64,000 nucleotides of DNA. Source: Longimicrobiales bacterium (GTDB taxonomy: Bacteria > Gemmatimonadota > Gemmatimonadetes > Longimicrobiales > Gaopeijiaceae). The translations under genes were made by a program, and so were the position numbers. Shown piece by piece: positions 1-9,300 of the stretch (positions are counted from its first letter, which is position 1; every line of letters begins with the position of its first letter). The DNA lies in the NCBI GenBank assembly GCA_963664435.2, contig CAXXKM010000002.1, positions 320,001-384,000 of the forward strand. The letters are read 5' to 3'. Below the pieces are notes generated by a model. That model saw only the letters and a list, made by a program, of their open reading frames with translations, was not told where the DNA came from and ran no database searches.

Positions 1-557
1 GGCGCGCCGGCCGGCCGCCACCTGTCCGACGGCCGGCCGCGCGGGTGCGCCACCACCGCAAAGGCCGAGTCGCGCTCCACCCGGGCGAGGAGGCCCTCCA
101 CCCCGCCCGTCCACGACACCACCGCGGTGTCCAGGCGGTCGACCAGCACCTTGCCGACCCCTTCCACGCGGATCTCCTGGCCGCGGACCAGCAGCACCCC
201 CTCCACCCGCCGGGCCGCGCGTTCCCACTCGGCCGGGGGGGCGCCGGCGTCCCGGTGGTCGGCGAGGAAGACGAAATCCAGGCCGGCCGCGCGCGCCGCT
301 CGCGCCAACTCGGCCTCGGTCCCGATGGCGTCGTGGGAGCGGCGCGTGTGCACATGGATCGCGCCGGCCACCCGGGTCGAAGGGGCGGGGGGTGGGGTGG
401 CGGGCTCGGGCGAGGCGCCGAAGATCGCGTCGGGGGCGCCCCCCTCCCCCATCACCACCCAGTCCAGGCGCGCCCCGACGTATACGACCGCGAAGTAGGC
501 CCCCACCCCGACCAGCAGCCATCGCCCGGCGCGGCGGAAGAATCCGCGCTTCACCAT
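1..557 (-). CDS. PHP-domain metal-dependent phosphoesterase with N-terminal membrane anchor (runs off the window start)
   Basis: Not in the ORF track; translated by hand from ATG at 557: MVKRGFFRRAGRWLLVGVGAYFAVVYV...GAIHVHTRRSHDA...AGLDFVFLADH...GQEI...VAHP. These are PHP motifs (HxH, D, DH, E, HP). The start overlaps the dciA stop. Confidence 0.8.
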   Translation of the reverse strand, partial: MVKRGFFRRAGRWLLVGVGAYFAVVYVGARLDWVVMGEGGAPDAIFGASPEPATPPPAPSTRVAGAIHVHTRRSHDAIGTEAELARAARAAGLDFVFLADHRDAGAPPAEWERAARRVEGVLLVRGQEIRVEGVGKVLVDRLDTAVVSWTGGVEGLLARVERDSAFAVVAHPRGRPSDRWRPAGA

Positions 558-1012
558 CCACCCCCCTCTTCATCGCCGGCGGAAAGCACGAACACCACGC
601 GCCTGATGCGAACGCTCCGGCCGGCGTTCAGCCGCGCCATGATCTGCCGCTTGCGCAGGTTGAGCTCCATGGCCCACGCCGAGGAGGGCACCTCCACGAT
701 CAGCACCCCGTTGCTGACCGAGCGCGCCCGGGTCACGCGCGCCAATCCCGAGCCCACCAGCCGGGGCCAGTCCTCCACCAGCTTCTGATACTCCAGCTGC
801 CTGTCGAGACCCCGGCGCCGGAGCACGCGCTCGAGTATGTCCGCCACCTTCTCGGGACCCCGCGGAGTGGAAGCGGTTGCCCCGGACCGGCGGGCGCCTC
901 GCCGCGACGAGCGCGGCACGCCTTCCGGGGACCCCCGCGGTTCGCCGTCCGGACCGGCTGCGCGCCTGCGGCGAGCCAGGATGCGCGCGATCTCCTCACG
1001 GGTCTCGCTCAC
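551..1012 (-). CDS. dciA: DUF721/DciA family protein (replicative helicase loader-like)
   Basis: W..LVG..LARVTRARSVSNGVLIVEVPSSAWAMELNLRKRQIMARLN pattern; directly downstream of recF. Confidence 0.8.
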   Translation of the reverse strand: MSETREEIARILARRRRAAGPDGEPRGSPEGVPRSSRRGARRSGATASTPRGPEKVADILERVLRRRGLDRQLEYQKLVEDWPRLVGSGLARVTRARSVSNGVLIVEVPSSAWAMELNLRKRQIMARLNAGRSVRIRRVVFVLSAGDEEGGGW

Positions 1013-2124
1013 GTGCTCACAACTCCGTTCTCGACGCGCCAGCGCGGAATGGTCTCTCTGTGCACCTGCACGTCCGTCTCCCGGGGCGCCGTGAGGATCA
1101 CCTGATGGCGCAGGTTCCCTTCGATGAGTTCCAGGATACGTCGGGATCGGCCCTCGTCCAGCTCCGAGAATACGTCGTCCAATAGCAGGATGGGGGTCTG
1201 CCCGCGCACCTCGCGCACGGTCGCGGCCTCGGTGAGACGAAGAGACAGGGCCCCGGTGCGCTGCTGGCCGCCGGAACCGTAGGTGCGCAGATCGAGGTCT
1301 CCCGAGTCGGCCACCAGGCTGATCCGCATCTCGTCGCGGTGCGGGCCCACAACCGTGGTTGCCAGCCTCCGTTCGCGGTCGCGCGAGCGAGCGAGCGCCT
1401 GCGCGAAGCGTTCAGACAGATCATCAGGCTCGGCGTCCGCCGCGCCACCCACCGACGGCTGGTAGGAAATGTACGCCGGCCGCCCCCCGGAGATCTCGCG
1501 GTAGGAGGCCCGGAACGTCTCCGCCGAACCGGCGATCCAGCCGCGCCGGGCGCTCATGACCTTCGCTCCGAGCGCGGTGAGCGGCCCGTCCCAGGCGGCC
1601 ACCGCAGCGCGGTCGCTTCGCGCCCTGAGCGCCGCGTTGCGCTGGGCGAGCACGAGCCGGTACTGCTGCAGCGCCTGCAGATACCCCGGCGTCGCCAGCG
1701 AGAGCACGATGTCCAGGAACCTGCGGCGCTCGGCGGGCCCCCCGACTACGACCTTCACGTCGGAGGGCGCGAACACGACCGCGGCCGTGCGACCCAGGGC
1801 GTCACCCAGACGGTCGGGCTCACGGCCGTCGAGGGTCACCTTCTTGCGCGGCCCGGCGCGCTGGAAGGCCGCGGTCACCTCCACTTCCTCGTCCTCGCCC
1901 GCAAACCGGCCCGCCAGCCGGAAGAGCGGCTGCCCGAAGGCCGTCAACTGTTCGTCCTTCGCCGCTCGGAACGACCGGAAGGTCTCCAGATAGTAGATGG
2001 CTTCCAGCAGGTTCGTCTTGCCGTGCGCGTTGGGGCCCACGATGGCGACGCCCCCGGGAGGAAACTCGAGTTCCTGCACGCCGAGGTTGCGGAAGTGATA
2101 CAGCTTAAGACGGCTCAGACGCAC
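1009..2124 (-). CDS. recF: DNA replication/repair protein RecF
   Basis: FRNL, Walker A GPNAHGKTN, GGPAERRRFLD, GPHRDE, SGGQQR, LLLDDVFSELD. GTG start at 2124 chosen. Confidence 0.96.
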   Translation of the reverse strand: MRLSRLKLYHFRNLGVQELEFPPGGVAIVGPNAHGKTNLLEAIYYLETFRSFRAAKDEQLTAFGQPLFRLAGRFAGEDEEVEVTAAFQRAGPRKKVTLDGREPDRLGDALGRTAAVVFAPSDVKVVVGGPAERRRFLDIVLSLATPGYLQALQQYRLVLAQRNAALRARSDRAAVAAWDGPLTALGAKVMSARRGWIAGSAETFRASYREISGGRPAYISYQPSVGGAADAEPDDLSERFAQALARSRDRERRLATTVVGPHRDEMRISLVADSGDLDLRTYGSGGQQRTGALSLRLTEAATVREVRGQTPILLLDDVFSELDEGRSRRILELIEGNLRHQVILTAPRETDVQVHRETIPRWRVENGVVST

Positions 2125-2131
2125 CGGCGCT

Positions 2132-2917
2132 TCACCGCCCCCGGAAGTTCGCTCCCCGCCTCTCCAGAAACGCCCCCATCCCCTCGCGCATGTCCTCGGT
2201 GGCCGCCAGCACGCCGAAGAGCGATGACTCGAAGGCGTGCGCATCGGCCTCGGCGCTGTCGAGGGCGGAATAGATGGATTCGAGGGCGAACCGGAGCGCG
2301 ACCGGCGCGTTTTTCGTGATCCTGCGCATCAGCGCGATCGCCGCGCCGTGCAGCTCCGCTCTCTCGACAACGCGGGAAACCAGGCCGTAGCGCTCCGCCG
2401 TCGCCGCGTCGATCATGTCTCCCGTGAGCGTCATCTCCAGCGCGCGTCCCAGCCCGACGATGCGCGCCAGGCGAATGGTGCCGCCGTATCCCGGGACAAT
2501 GCCCAGCGTTACCTCCGGAAGCCCGAAGCGCGCGTTGGCCGAAGCGATGCGAAGGTGGCAGGCCATCGCCAGCTCGCATCCCCCGCCGAGAGCGAAGCCC
2601 CCTACCGCCGCCAGCACCGGCTTCGGAAATCGCTCGATGGCCGCCAGCACCTCCTGTCCCCGGCGGCTCACCTCCACGGCCGACAACGGCGTCATTTCGG
2701 CAAGCACGCCGATGTCCGCCCCCGCCACGAAGGCCTTCTCGCCCGCCCCGGTCAGGATGACGCCGCGCACGCCGTCGTCTTCGCCCAGCGATGCGAACGC
2801 GTCGCCGATCTCGGTCACGACCTGCTGATTGAGGGCGTTCAGCTTGCGCCGCCGGTCGATGGTCACAATCGCGATCTCTTGGTCCCGGTCGATACGCACA
2901 TATTGCCGTTCCGGCAT
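2132..2917 (-). CDS. Enoyl-CoA hydratase/crotonase
   Basis: AFVAGADI, GFALGGGCELAMAC, FGLPEVTLGIVPGYGGT motifs. Confidence 0.93.
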   Translation of the reverse strand: MPERQYVRIDRDQEIAIVTIDRRRKLNALNQQVVTEIGDAFASLGEDDGVRGVILTGAGEKAFVAGADIGVLAEMTPLSAVEVSRRGQEVLAAIERFPKPVLAAVGGFALGGGCELAMACHLRIASANARFGLPEVTLGIVPGYGGTIRLARIVGLGRALEMTLTGDMIDAATAERYGLVSRVVERAELHGAAIALMRRITKNAPVALRFALESIYSALDSAEADAHAFESSLFGVLAATEDMREGMGAFLERRGANFRGR

Positions 2918-3092
2918 CGCAGGAATCCGCTGGCAGGAGGTTGAGGAAAGTGTCGGAGGGGGCTTGCCCGAAGCTGGATCGGTCCCGCTTCGCACTCCAC
3001 CGACTCGGCACGAAACTAGGGCCCGAGCGCTTCCCGGCGCCAGCGGTCGGCCGTTCCGTTCCCGATCTTCATCGGCATGGCCACCTCGGGCC

Positions 3093-3101
3093 GGTTAGAT
3101 T
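3093..3101 (+). promoter_or_regulatory. Putative -10 element (GGTTAGATT) of ssb
   Basis: The same 9-mer recurs upstream of two other genes (10514-10522 on the minus strand; 45332-45340 on the plus strand). Confidence 0.5.
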
Positions 3102-3146
3102 ACACTTCGCCTCTTGAACACCCACCCGCGCCAGGGAGGCTTGCCC

Positions 3147-3593
3147 ATGGGCCGCTCGCTGAACAAGGTCACCCTCATCGGCAACGTCGGCTCGGATCCC
3201 GACATCCGAATGACCCCCTCCGGTACCAAGGTGGCGAAGTTTTCCGTCGCCACCAACGAGACCTTCAACGACCGCTCCGGGCGCCAGCAGGAACGCACCG
3301 AGTGGCACCGCCTCACCTTCTTCGGCCGGCTCTCCGACATCGTTGAACAATGGGTCAAGAAGGGAGACCGCCTCTACGTCGAAGGCCGTCTCGAGTACTC
3401 CCAGACCCAGACTCCGCAGGGCGAGACGCGCTACTGGACCGACATCATCGTGCGCGACATGATCATGCTGGGGTCGGGAGGCCGAGTCCCGGAGATGGGC
3501 GGCGACCCGGGGGGCCGTCCGCAGCGCCCGGCCGCGGATGCGGCCAGACGGGGAGGTGCGATGCAGGAACCCGACGACGATCTGCCCTTCTAG
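3147..3593 (+). CDS. ssb: Single-stranded DNA-binding protein
   Basis: SLNKVTLIGNVGSDP...TEWH...KGDRLYVEGRL and C-terminal DDDLPF; GGAGG SD upstream. Confidence 0.97.
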   Translation: MGRSLNKVTLIGNVGSDPDIRMTPSGTKVAKFSVATNETFNDRSGRQQERTEWHRLTFFGRLSDIVEQWVKKGDRLYVEGRLEYSQTQTPQGETRYWTDIIVRDMIMLGSGGRVPEMGGDPGGRPQRPAADAARRGGAMQEPDDDLPF

Positions 3594-3650
3594 CAGTCAG
3601 TCCGTGGACTAAATCCACGCGCCGGGGAGCGGCGAGGACGCTGCCGCCCG

Positions 3651-4007
3651 TCAACCCGGAGGCTGCCTGCCCTCCTCGGACCGCCAGAGATCGAGCAGCA
3701 CGGCGTCGAAGTGCTCCGGGTTGGTCCTGTACTGGTCGACCCACTCCTCGAAGGAGGGCAATCCCTCCTCCGCGTAGATGCGGGTCGTGGCCAGACGAAC
3801 CATTTCGTCGTAGGAGAGTTCCCCACCCACCCCGGAACCCCGGGCAAGATCCTTTACGAAGACAAACATCTCGTCGGGGGACATGCGCTGAATAATGCGG
3901 AATACTCGCGCGGAACAGTAGTCACGGTGCTTCGCGCGCAAGACGGCGAGCGGCTCGCGCCGTGAGGAGTGGGCCCCGGTGCCGCCCGGCCCATCAGTAC
4001 CAGCCAC
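3651..4007 (-). CDS. Hypothetical small protein
   Basis: GTG at 4007 preceded by AGGAG; protein-like sequence (LSYDEMVRLATTRIYAEEGLPSFEEWVDQYRTNPEHFD). Confidence 0.7.
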   Translation of the reverse strand: MAGTDGPGGTGAHSSRREPLAVLRAKHRDYCSARVFRIIQRMSPDEMFVFVKDLARGSGVGGELSYDEMVRLATTRIYAEEGLPSFEEWVDQYRTNPEHFDAVLLDLWRSEEGRQPPG

Positions 4008-4102
4008 GTCTTCTCCTGTTGTCCCCGCATCCGGTGTGCGTCGGACTTCTGGCCCGAGGAGGTCTGGAGCAAGACACCTCTTTGCGGGCACGTGTATTGT
4101 AC

Positions 4103-4116
4103 TGGAACCGGTTCCA
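4103..4116. promoter_or_regulatory. Perfect 14-bp palindrome TGGAACCGGTTCCA, candidate repressor operator
   Basis: Perfect inverted symmetry in intergenic DNA; resembles LacI-family operators. Confidence 0.4.
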
Positions 4117-4135
4117 CAATGCCATGCCGGATGCA

Positions 4136-4152
4136 AGCAAGGAACATGCCGG
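4136..4152 (-). promoter_or_regulatory. Candidate sigma-54 (-24/-12) promoter
   Basis: Minus strand CCGGCATGTTCCTTGCT matches YTGGCACG-N4-TTGCW with correct GG to GC spacing (2 mismatches); points at the 3651-4007 gene. Confidence 0.5.
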
Positions 4153-4278
4153 TGGCCTCGCCGTATTCGGCCACGCCTGCGTGGCTACGCCCGCAAACGG
4201 CGCATGCGAGCGCTGGGCCGGAGTGTCGAGAAACCTGCGGGATGCGTGGGCGACCTGCGTGAGGAGGGACGCGGCGGG

Positions 4279-4479
4279 CTAGCGCTCAGCGGGCGTCCCC
4301 GGTGCAGGGGAGAGAGACTCCTCGTGCTCCTTCAGGTGCTCATAGATGCTACGCCGGGTCAGTCCGCCGATGAGGACCCGGCTGAGAAACTCCGGGTCCG
4401 TTTCCTGAACCGCTTCGGCTTTCCTGGCCACGTCGCGCGGCAGGCGGATGTTGAGGTTCACGGATCGGGTTTCCCACAT
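4279..4479 (-). CDS. Small hypothetical protein, possible ribbon-helix-helix-like fold
   Basis: MWETRSVNLNIRLPRDVARKAEAVQETDPEFLSRVLIGGLTRRSIYEHL: alternating beta-strand pattern followed by two helices. Confidence 0.6.
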   Translation of the reverse strand: MWETRSVNLNIRLPRDVARKAEAVQETDPEFLSRVLIGGLTRRSIYEHLKEHEESLSPAPGTPAER

Positions 4480-4870
4480 CTTGGTCGGCTGGCTCCCTGC
4501 CCGATGTGAAACGAAGCTGAATCTGATTCGCATCCCCCGGCGCAGCCCCGGAGGCCCAGTGATGGGGCCGGTCCCGGCACGGCGGGGGCCATCCTGCACG
4601 GCAGAGATCGTAAAAGGTCGAGCTCGGGTGCGCAAGGGTGTCAAAACGAAACGAAAGCCAACCGGAGAAAACTCGTATCTTGTTATGCATAAACAGGTTA
4701 CAAGATTGGTGGCAAAACCGTAATTCACTTGTTCCCAAGGACCGCAAGCACGTTGAAAGGCAGATGTCCGGCTTTCATAAGTTGCTGCCTGCGCTCGTTT
4801 TCCACCGAAGCAGGCATGCCGCTTCAAGCATCTCTGCAATACAAATGTTTTACAAAAAACCGGGCTTTTG

Positions 4871-4988
4871 TCCGGGAAAACCGGAATGAAGAAATGTGAG
4901 CCCGAGCGTTGCCGGCCGGTCGCCGGACGGGGTAGTTTTCCTGCCCCGGACGAGGGTCACATCCGGACGGGGATTCCGGGAAAACCGG
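4871..4988. repeat. Two identical 14-bp copies of TCCGGGAAAACCGG (4871-4884, 4975-4988)
   Basis: Exact direct repeat in the intergenic region upstream of rpsU. Confidence 0.6.
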
Positions 4989-5075
4989 GAATCGACTAGA
5001 TTGCCTGCCCGGACGCGAGGGCAGCGTCCCCGGGGATTCGGCGGAACGGGCGTACAGGGAAAAGGAAGGCTCTGT

Positions 5076-5276
5076 TTGGAAGTCATGATTCAGGAAGGCG
5101 AGAATCTGGAGCGGGCGCTCCGGCGCTTCAAGCGCAAGGTACAGCGGTCGGGGCTCTACTCGGAACTGCGCAAGCGCCGCTTCTACGAGAAGCCGAGCGC
5201 GCAACGCAAGCGGAAGAGGGAAGCCGCGATCCGCCGCGAGCGGCGGCGCCAGCGGCGAAACTCGTCTCGCCGCTGA
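5076..5276 (+). CDS. rpsU: 30S ribosomal protein bS21
   Basis: GENLERALRRFKRKVQRSGLYSELRKRRFYEKPS; TTG start after an AAGGAAGG SD. Confidence 0.96.
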   Translation: MEVMIQEGENLERALRRFKRKVQRSGLYSELRKRRFYEKPSAQRKRKREAAIRRERRRQRRNSSRR

Positions 5277-5350
5277 GGGACGGACGAGCCGGCGGCAACC
5301 CGCGCGCCGGGAGCGGACCGGCTCCCGCCGTTGAGTGCTCGACGTTGTAG

Positions 5351-6229
5351 CTACAGCGGCAGAGGACGCGGTGGCTTCGTGCTCCAGTCGTAGAATCCCT
5401 TCCCCGTCTTGCGCCCGAATCTGCCCAGCGCCACCAGGCGCTTGAGAAGCGGCGGGGGGGCGTATCTCGCCTCCCGGTATTCCTCGAACATGATTTCCGC
5501 GATGCGGTACGTCGTGTCGACCCCCACGAAGTCGCACAGCAGGAACGGACCCATCGGGTAGCCCGTGCCCAGCATCATGCCCTTGTCGATGTCCTCGATC
5601 GAGGCCACGCCCCGCTCCAGTTGGCGAATGGAGTCCAGCATGTAGGGCACGAGCAGCAGATTGACGACGAAGCCCGAGTTGTCCTTCGCCTTGATCGGCT
5701 CCTTGCCCAGGTCGCGCGCGAACCGGTAGGCGGCTTCGAAGACCTGCTCGTCGGTGGCGATGGTGCGGACCACCTCCACCAGCTTCATCACCGGCACCGG
5801 GTTGAAGAAGTGGAGGCCGACCACCCTGTCGGGGCGGCTTGTCGCGGCGGCGATTTCGGTGATGGTGAGGGAACTGGTGTTCGACGCGAAGATGGCTTCG
5901 GGACCGGTGAGCTGGTCCAGAGCGCGCATCAGTTCCGACTTGATCGCCAGGTCCTCGACGATCGCTTCGACCACAAGGTCCCTGTCGGCCATGTCCGCTA
6001 GCGATGTCGTGAAGGACAATCGGCCCAAGGCCTCGTCACGCGCTTCCGCCGACAGCTTTTCCTTCTCCACCGCCCGGCCCATCGATTTGAAGATCCGGTT
6101 CTTGCCGGCTTCGAGCGCGCCCTCGTCGACTTCACTCACGACGACGTCGAATCCCGCTTTGGCCGCAACCTCCGCGATGCCGCTGCCCATGAGGCCGCAG
6201 CCGGCGACGCCTACCCGTTGAATGTTCAC
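5351..6229 (-). CDS. 3-hydroxybutyryl-CoA dehydrogenase
   Basis: GCGLMGSGIA Rossmann motif, VEAIVE, FASNTSS, GLHFFNP, GYPMGP, GRKTGKGFY. Confidence 0.95.
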   Translation of the reverse strand: MNIQRVGVAGCGLMGSGIAEVAAKAGFDVVVSEVDEGALEAGKNRIFKSMGRAVEKEKLSAEARDEALGRLSFTTSLADMADRDLVVEAIVEDLAIKSELMRALDQLTGPEAIFASNTSSLTITEIAAATSRPDRVVGLHFFNPVPVMKLVEVVRTIATDEQVFEAAYRFARDLGKEPIKAKDNSGFVVNLLLVPYMLDSIRQLERGVASIEDIDKGMMLGTGYPMGPFLLCDFVGVDTTYRIAEIMFEEYREARYAPPPLLKRLVALGRFGRKTGKGFYDWSTKPPRPLPL

Positions 6230-6239
6230 GTCTTCCTCC

Positions 6240-7442
6240 TCAGGAGAAGGCTTCCACGACCACGGCGCCGCCCTGGCCGCCGCCGATGCACGCGGAGCCC
6301 AGCCCGTAGCGCGCGCCGCGCCTCCGCAGCTCGTGAAGCAGGTGGATGGTGATGCGGGTCCCCGAAGCCGCCAGGGGATGAGTGATGGCGATGGCGCCGC
6401 CGTTGACGTTGGTCCGATCGGGGTCGAGCCCCAGGTCGCGCTCTACGGACGCGTACTGCGGTGCGAACGCCTCGTTCACCTCGACCAGTTCCATGTCGTC
6501 GAGCGCGAGGCCCGCGTTGTCGAGGGCGGCGCGGGCGGCCGGAGCGGGCCCGATGCCCATGATCCTCGGCTCCACGCCCACGAAGGCCCAAGAGACCAGG
6601 CGACCGATCGGAGACAGCCCCTCGCCCGCGGCCCATTCAGCGTCGGCGATGACGGTGCCGGCCGACCCGTCGCCGATGCCGCTCGCGTTCCCGGCGGTGA
6701 CGAAGCCGCCCTTGCGGAAGTACGGCCGCAGCCGGGCCAGCCCCTCCAGGGAGACATCCGGGCGGATGTGCTCGTCGGCGGCGAACTCCTTCTCGCCCTT
6801 GCGGGTGCGGATGGTGATGGGGACGACCTCGTCGGCGAAGCGGCCCTCCTCCCAGGCGGCGCGTGCACGCACGTGGCTGCGGTACGCCACTTCGTCGGAG
6901 TAATCGCGGGTGACCCCGTAACGGTCTCCGAGTTCTTCGGCGGTCTGCGCCATCGTCAAGCCGCAGCTGGTGTCTTCGAGGGCGGTCCACAGCGAATCCT
7001 CGAAGTTGCGGCCGGGGTCCCCCAGGCGCAGGCCGCCCCAGCGCGCGCCGCGCACCACGTGAGGCGCCTGGCTCATCGATTCGGTCCCGCCGCAGAGGAC
7101 CGCCCGGGCGCCGCCCTGGAGGATCTCGTGGGCCCCGCTGGCGATCGCCTGGAAGCCTGAGCCGCACAGGCGGTTGACGGTCAGCGCGGGGACGCGGTCG
7201 GGCGTGCCCACCCCGAGCCCGACGTGGCGGGCGAGGTAGATGGCGTCGCCCGAGGTCTGGAGCGCATTTCCGTAGACGACATGATCGAGCTGATCGGGCG
7301 TGAGCCCCGCGGCCTCCACGGCCGCCCTGCCCGACACGACGCCGAGTTCGGTGGCGGACAGATGCCTGAGTGATCCGCCGAACGCCCCGAACCCGGTCCG
7401 CTTTCCGGAAAGGAAGACGATTCCCCGCGCGCGTCTGGTCAT
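6240..7442 (-). CDS. Acetyl-CoA C-acyltransferase (thiolase)
   Basis: NRLCGSG, VNEAFA, NVNGGAIAITHP, CIGGGQG. Confidence 0.95.
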   Translation of the reverse strand: MTRRARGIVFLSGKRTGFGAFGGSLRHLSATELGVVSGRAAVEAAGLTPDQLDHVVYGNALQTSGDAIYLARHVGLGVGTPDRVPALTVNRLCGSGFQAIASGAHEILQGGARAVLCGGTESMSQAPHVVRGARWGGLRLGDPGRNFEDSLWTALEDTSCGLTMAQTAEELGDRYGVTRDYSDEVAYRSHVRARAAWEEGRFADEVVPITIRTRKGEKEFAADEHIRPDVSLEGLARLRPYFRKGGFVTAGNASGIGDGSAGTVIADAEWAAGEGLSPIGRLVSWAFVGVEPRIMGIGPAPAARAALDNAGLALDDMELVEVNEAFAPQYASVERDLGLDPDRTNVNGGAIAITHPLAASGTRITIHLLHELRRRGARYGLGSACIGGGQGGAVVVEAFS

Positions 7443-7519
7443 GTGCGGCTCTCTCGATCGATCATGTGCAGTCCCCCTTTGTATCCATCGTTTGCGGTTG
7501 CGTGCCGGGCGGCGGGATT

Positions 7520-8623
7520 TCAGTGGCGGGCGTCCCCCCGGGGTCCGCTCAGCCGGTCACATATGGCTCGCCCGGCCTCGACGGTCGTGAGCGTGCCCCC
7601 CAGGTCGGGGGTGATCCGGCCCGCGGCGAGGGCGAGCCGGACGGCGCGGTCGATGTCGTCGGCGACCGCGTCGTGCCCCAGGTGGCGTGCCATGAGGGCC
7701 GCCGAGCGGACGGCGGCGACCGGGTTGGCCCGCCCGGTGCCGGCAATGTCCGGAGCAGAGCCGTGCACGGGCTCGAACAGGGCATGGCGTCCGGGGTGCA
7801 GCGTCCCCGAGGGCGCCAGCCCGAGCCCCCCGGTCACTTCCGCGGCCAGGTCGCTGATGATGTCTCCGAACAGGTTGGACGTGACCAGGACGGAGTAGCG
7901 CCCGGGGCGGCGCACCAGATCCATCGCCATGGCGTCCACCAGCATTACATCGCTCTCGATCTCCCCGTATTCGGCGCGCACGTCGTGGTAGGTTCTGCGC
8001 CAGAGGGCGCCCGCGGCCGGCAGGGCGTTGGCCTTGTCGACCATCGTCACCCGGCGGCTCCCTTCGGCGCGCGCGTACTCGAAGGCGGCCCGCACCAGGC
8101 GTTCCACCCCCTTGCGGGTATTCACATCCTCCTGGATCGCGATCTCGTCGGGCGTACCCTGCTTGAAGTGCCCGCCCATGTTCACGTAGGCGCCCTCCGT
8201 GCTCTCGCGAAAGATGTCGATGTGAATCCCGCCGTCCGGAATGTCCCTCAGCGGACAGTAACGGGGATCGAGCAGCTCGCACGGACGGAAATTGACGTAC
8301 AGGTCAAGGCGAAACCGGAGTCCCAGAAGGATGTCGCGGATATGGGCGTTGTCGGGGACCCGGGGATCTCCCAGGGCGCCCAGCAGGATGGCGTCGTAGT
8401 TGTCCGCAAGCCGGCGGATCTCGTCGTCGGTGATGGTCACGCCGTCGCGCAGGAAGCGTTCGGCGCCCAGATCCCAGTGGACGAAGTCGATCGCGGCACC
8501 GTGCAGATCGGCCGCCGTCCGCAGGCAGCGCACCGCCTCCCCGGTGACCTCGATCCCGATCCCGTCTCCGGGAATGACCGCGACCCGCGCCGTCCCGACC
8601 GCCGCCCTAGGCACGCCGGGCAC
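7520..8623 (-). CDS. Isocitrate/isopropylmalate dehydrogenase family (LeuB-like)
   Basis: IPGDGIGIEV, SNLFGDIISDLAA, LFEPVHGSAPDIAG; substrate uncertain because no other leu genes are adjacent. Confidence 0.88.
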   Translation of the reverse strand: MPGVPRAAVGTARVAVIPGDGIGIEVTGEAVRCLRTAADLHGAAIDFVHWDLGAERFLRDGVTITDDEIRRLADNYDAILLGALGDPRVPDNAHIRDILLGLRFRLDLYVNFRPCELLDPRYCPLRDIPDGGIHIDIFRESTEGAYVNMGGHFKQGTPDEIAIQEDVNTRKGVERLVRAAFEYARAEGSRRVTMVDKANALPAAGALWRRTYHDVRAEYGEIESDVMLVDAMAMDLVRRPGRYSVLVTSNLFGDIISDLAAEVTGGLGLAPSGTLHPGRHALFEPVHGSAPDIAGTGRANPVAAVRSAALMARHLGHDAVADDIDRAVRLALAAGRITPDLGGTLTTVEAGRAICDRLSGPRGDARH

Positions 8624-9272
8624 GCCTTCCGCAGCCGACGCAATAGGACCACTCGGCTTCCACCCTCATCCCGCATCCGGAACATGCGACGATGCGGACG
8701 TCCTGGCCGCAGAAGGGACAGAAGCGAACACCGTCGATGTCCGGCAGCTCCTGGTCGCATCCCGAACACACCTGCGCAGCCGCTGCTCCGCTACCCGGAC
8801 CCACCTCGGCTGCCGCGGGGGCGGCGACCCCGTGCGCCGCGTCCGGCTCACGCTCCACCACTTCGAGCCCGTCCCGGTCCGGGACGTCCGAAGCGGCAGC
8901 CTCGCGGCGTCCCGGGCCGCCGTCCGGCATCGGCAGCCGGCTCGCGTTCAGACGAACCCCCACTGCGGCGAAATCGCGATAGAGTCCGGTGTTGGGAAAG
9001 CGAGCCTCGAGTTCGGCCCGGATCTCTTTCCGGGCGGCTTGCGACTCCAGCGTGAGGTAGTCGCCCTCGCCCGCCAGCAGGCGAAGCAACGCCTGCTCGT
9101 ACTCGCCGCTGGTGGCGATGTCCATGCTGCTCCGGTGGGTGCGCCAGGGAATCAGGTTCTGGTAGATCTCGGCGACCGTGAAGCGCGAATGGAGGTACTC
9201 CGGCCACCGTGTCCGGATCTCGCTCACGAGGGCGTCGAACAGGCGGCCCGGGAGATCGGCGGCAGTGGTCAT
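8607..9272 (-). CDS. Protein with C-terminal double zinc ribbon
   Basis: CSGC...FCPFCG...CSGCG...YCVGCG. Confidence 0.8.
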   Translation of the reverse strand: MTTAADLPGRLFDALVSEIRTRWPEYLHSRFTVAEIYQNLIPWRTHRSSMDIATSGEYEQALLRLLAGEGDYLTLESQAARKEIRAELEARFPNTGLYRDFAAVGVRLNASRLPMPDGGPGRREAAASDVPDRDGLEVVEREPDAAHGVAAPAAAEVGPGSGAAAAQVCSGCDQELPDIDGVRFCPFCGQDVRIVACSGCGMRVEAEWSYCVGCGRRARRA

Positions 9273-9300
9273 GGTTGGCTCGAGGCGGTGGTCCGGGGCG

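Noticed and set aside
4480..5075. Possible oriC (AT-rich, near recF/ssb)
   Set aside because: Only scattered, mismatched DnaA-box-like 9-mers and no dnaA/dnaN; better explained as a divergent promoter region.
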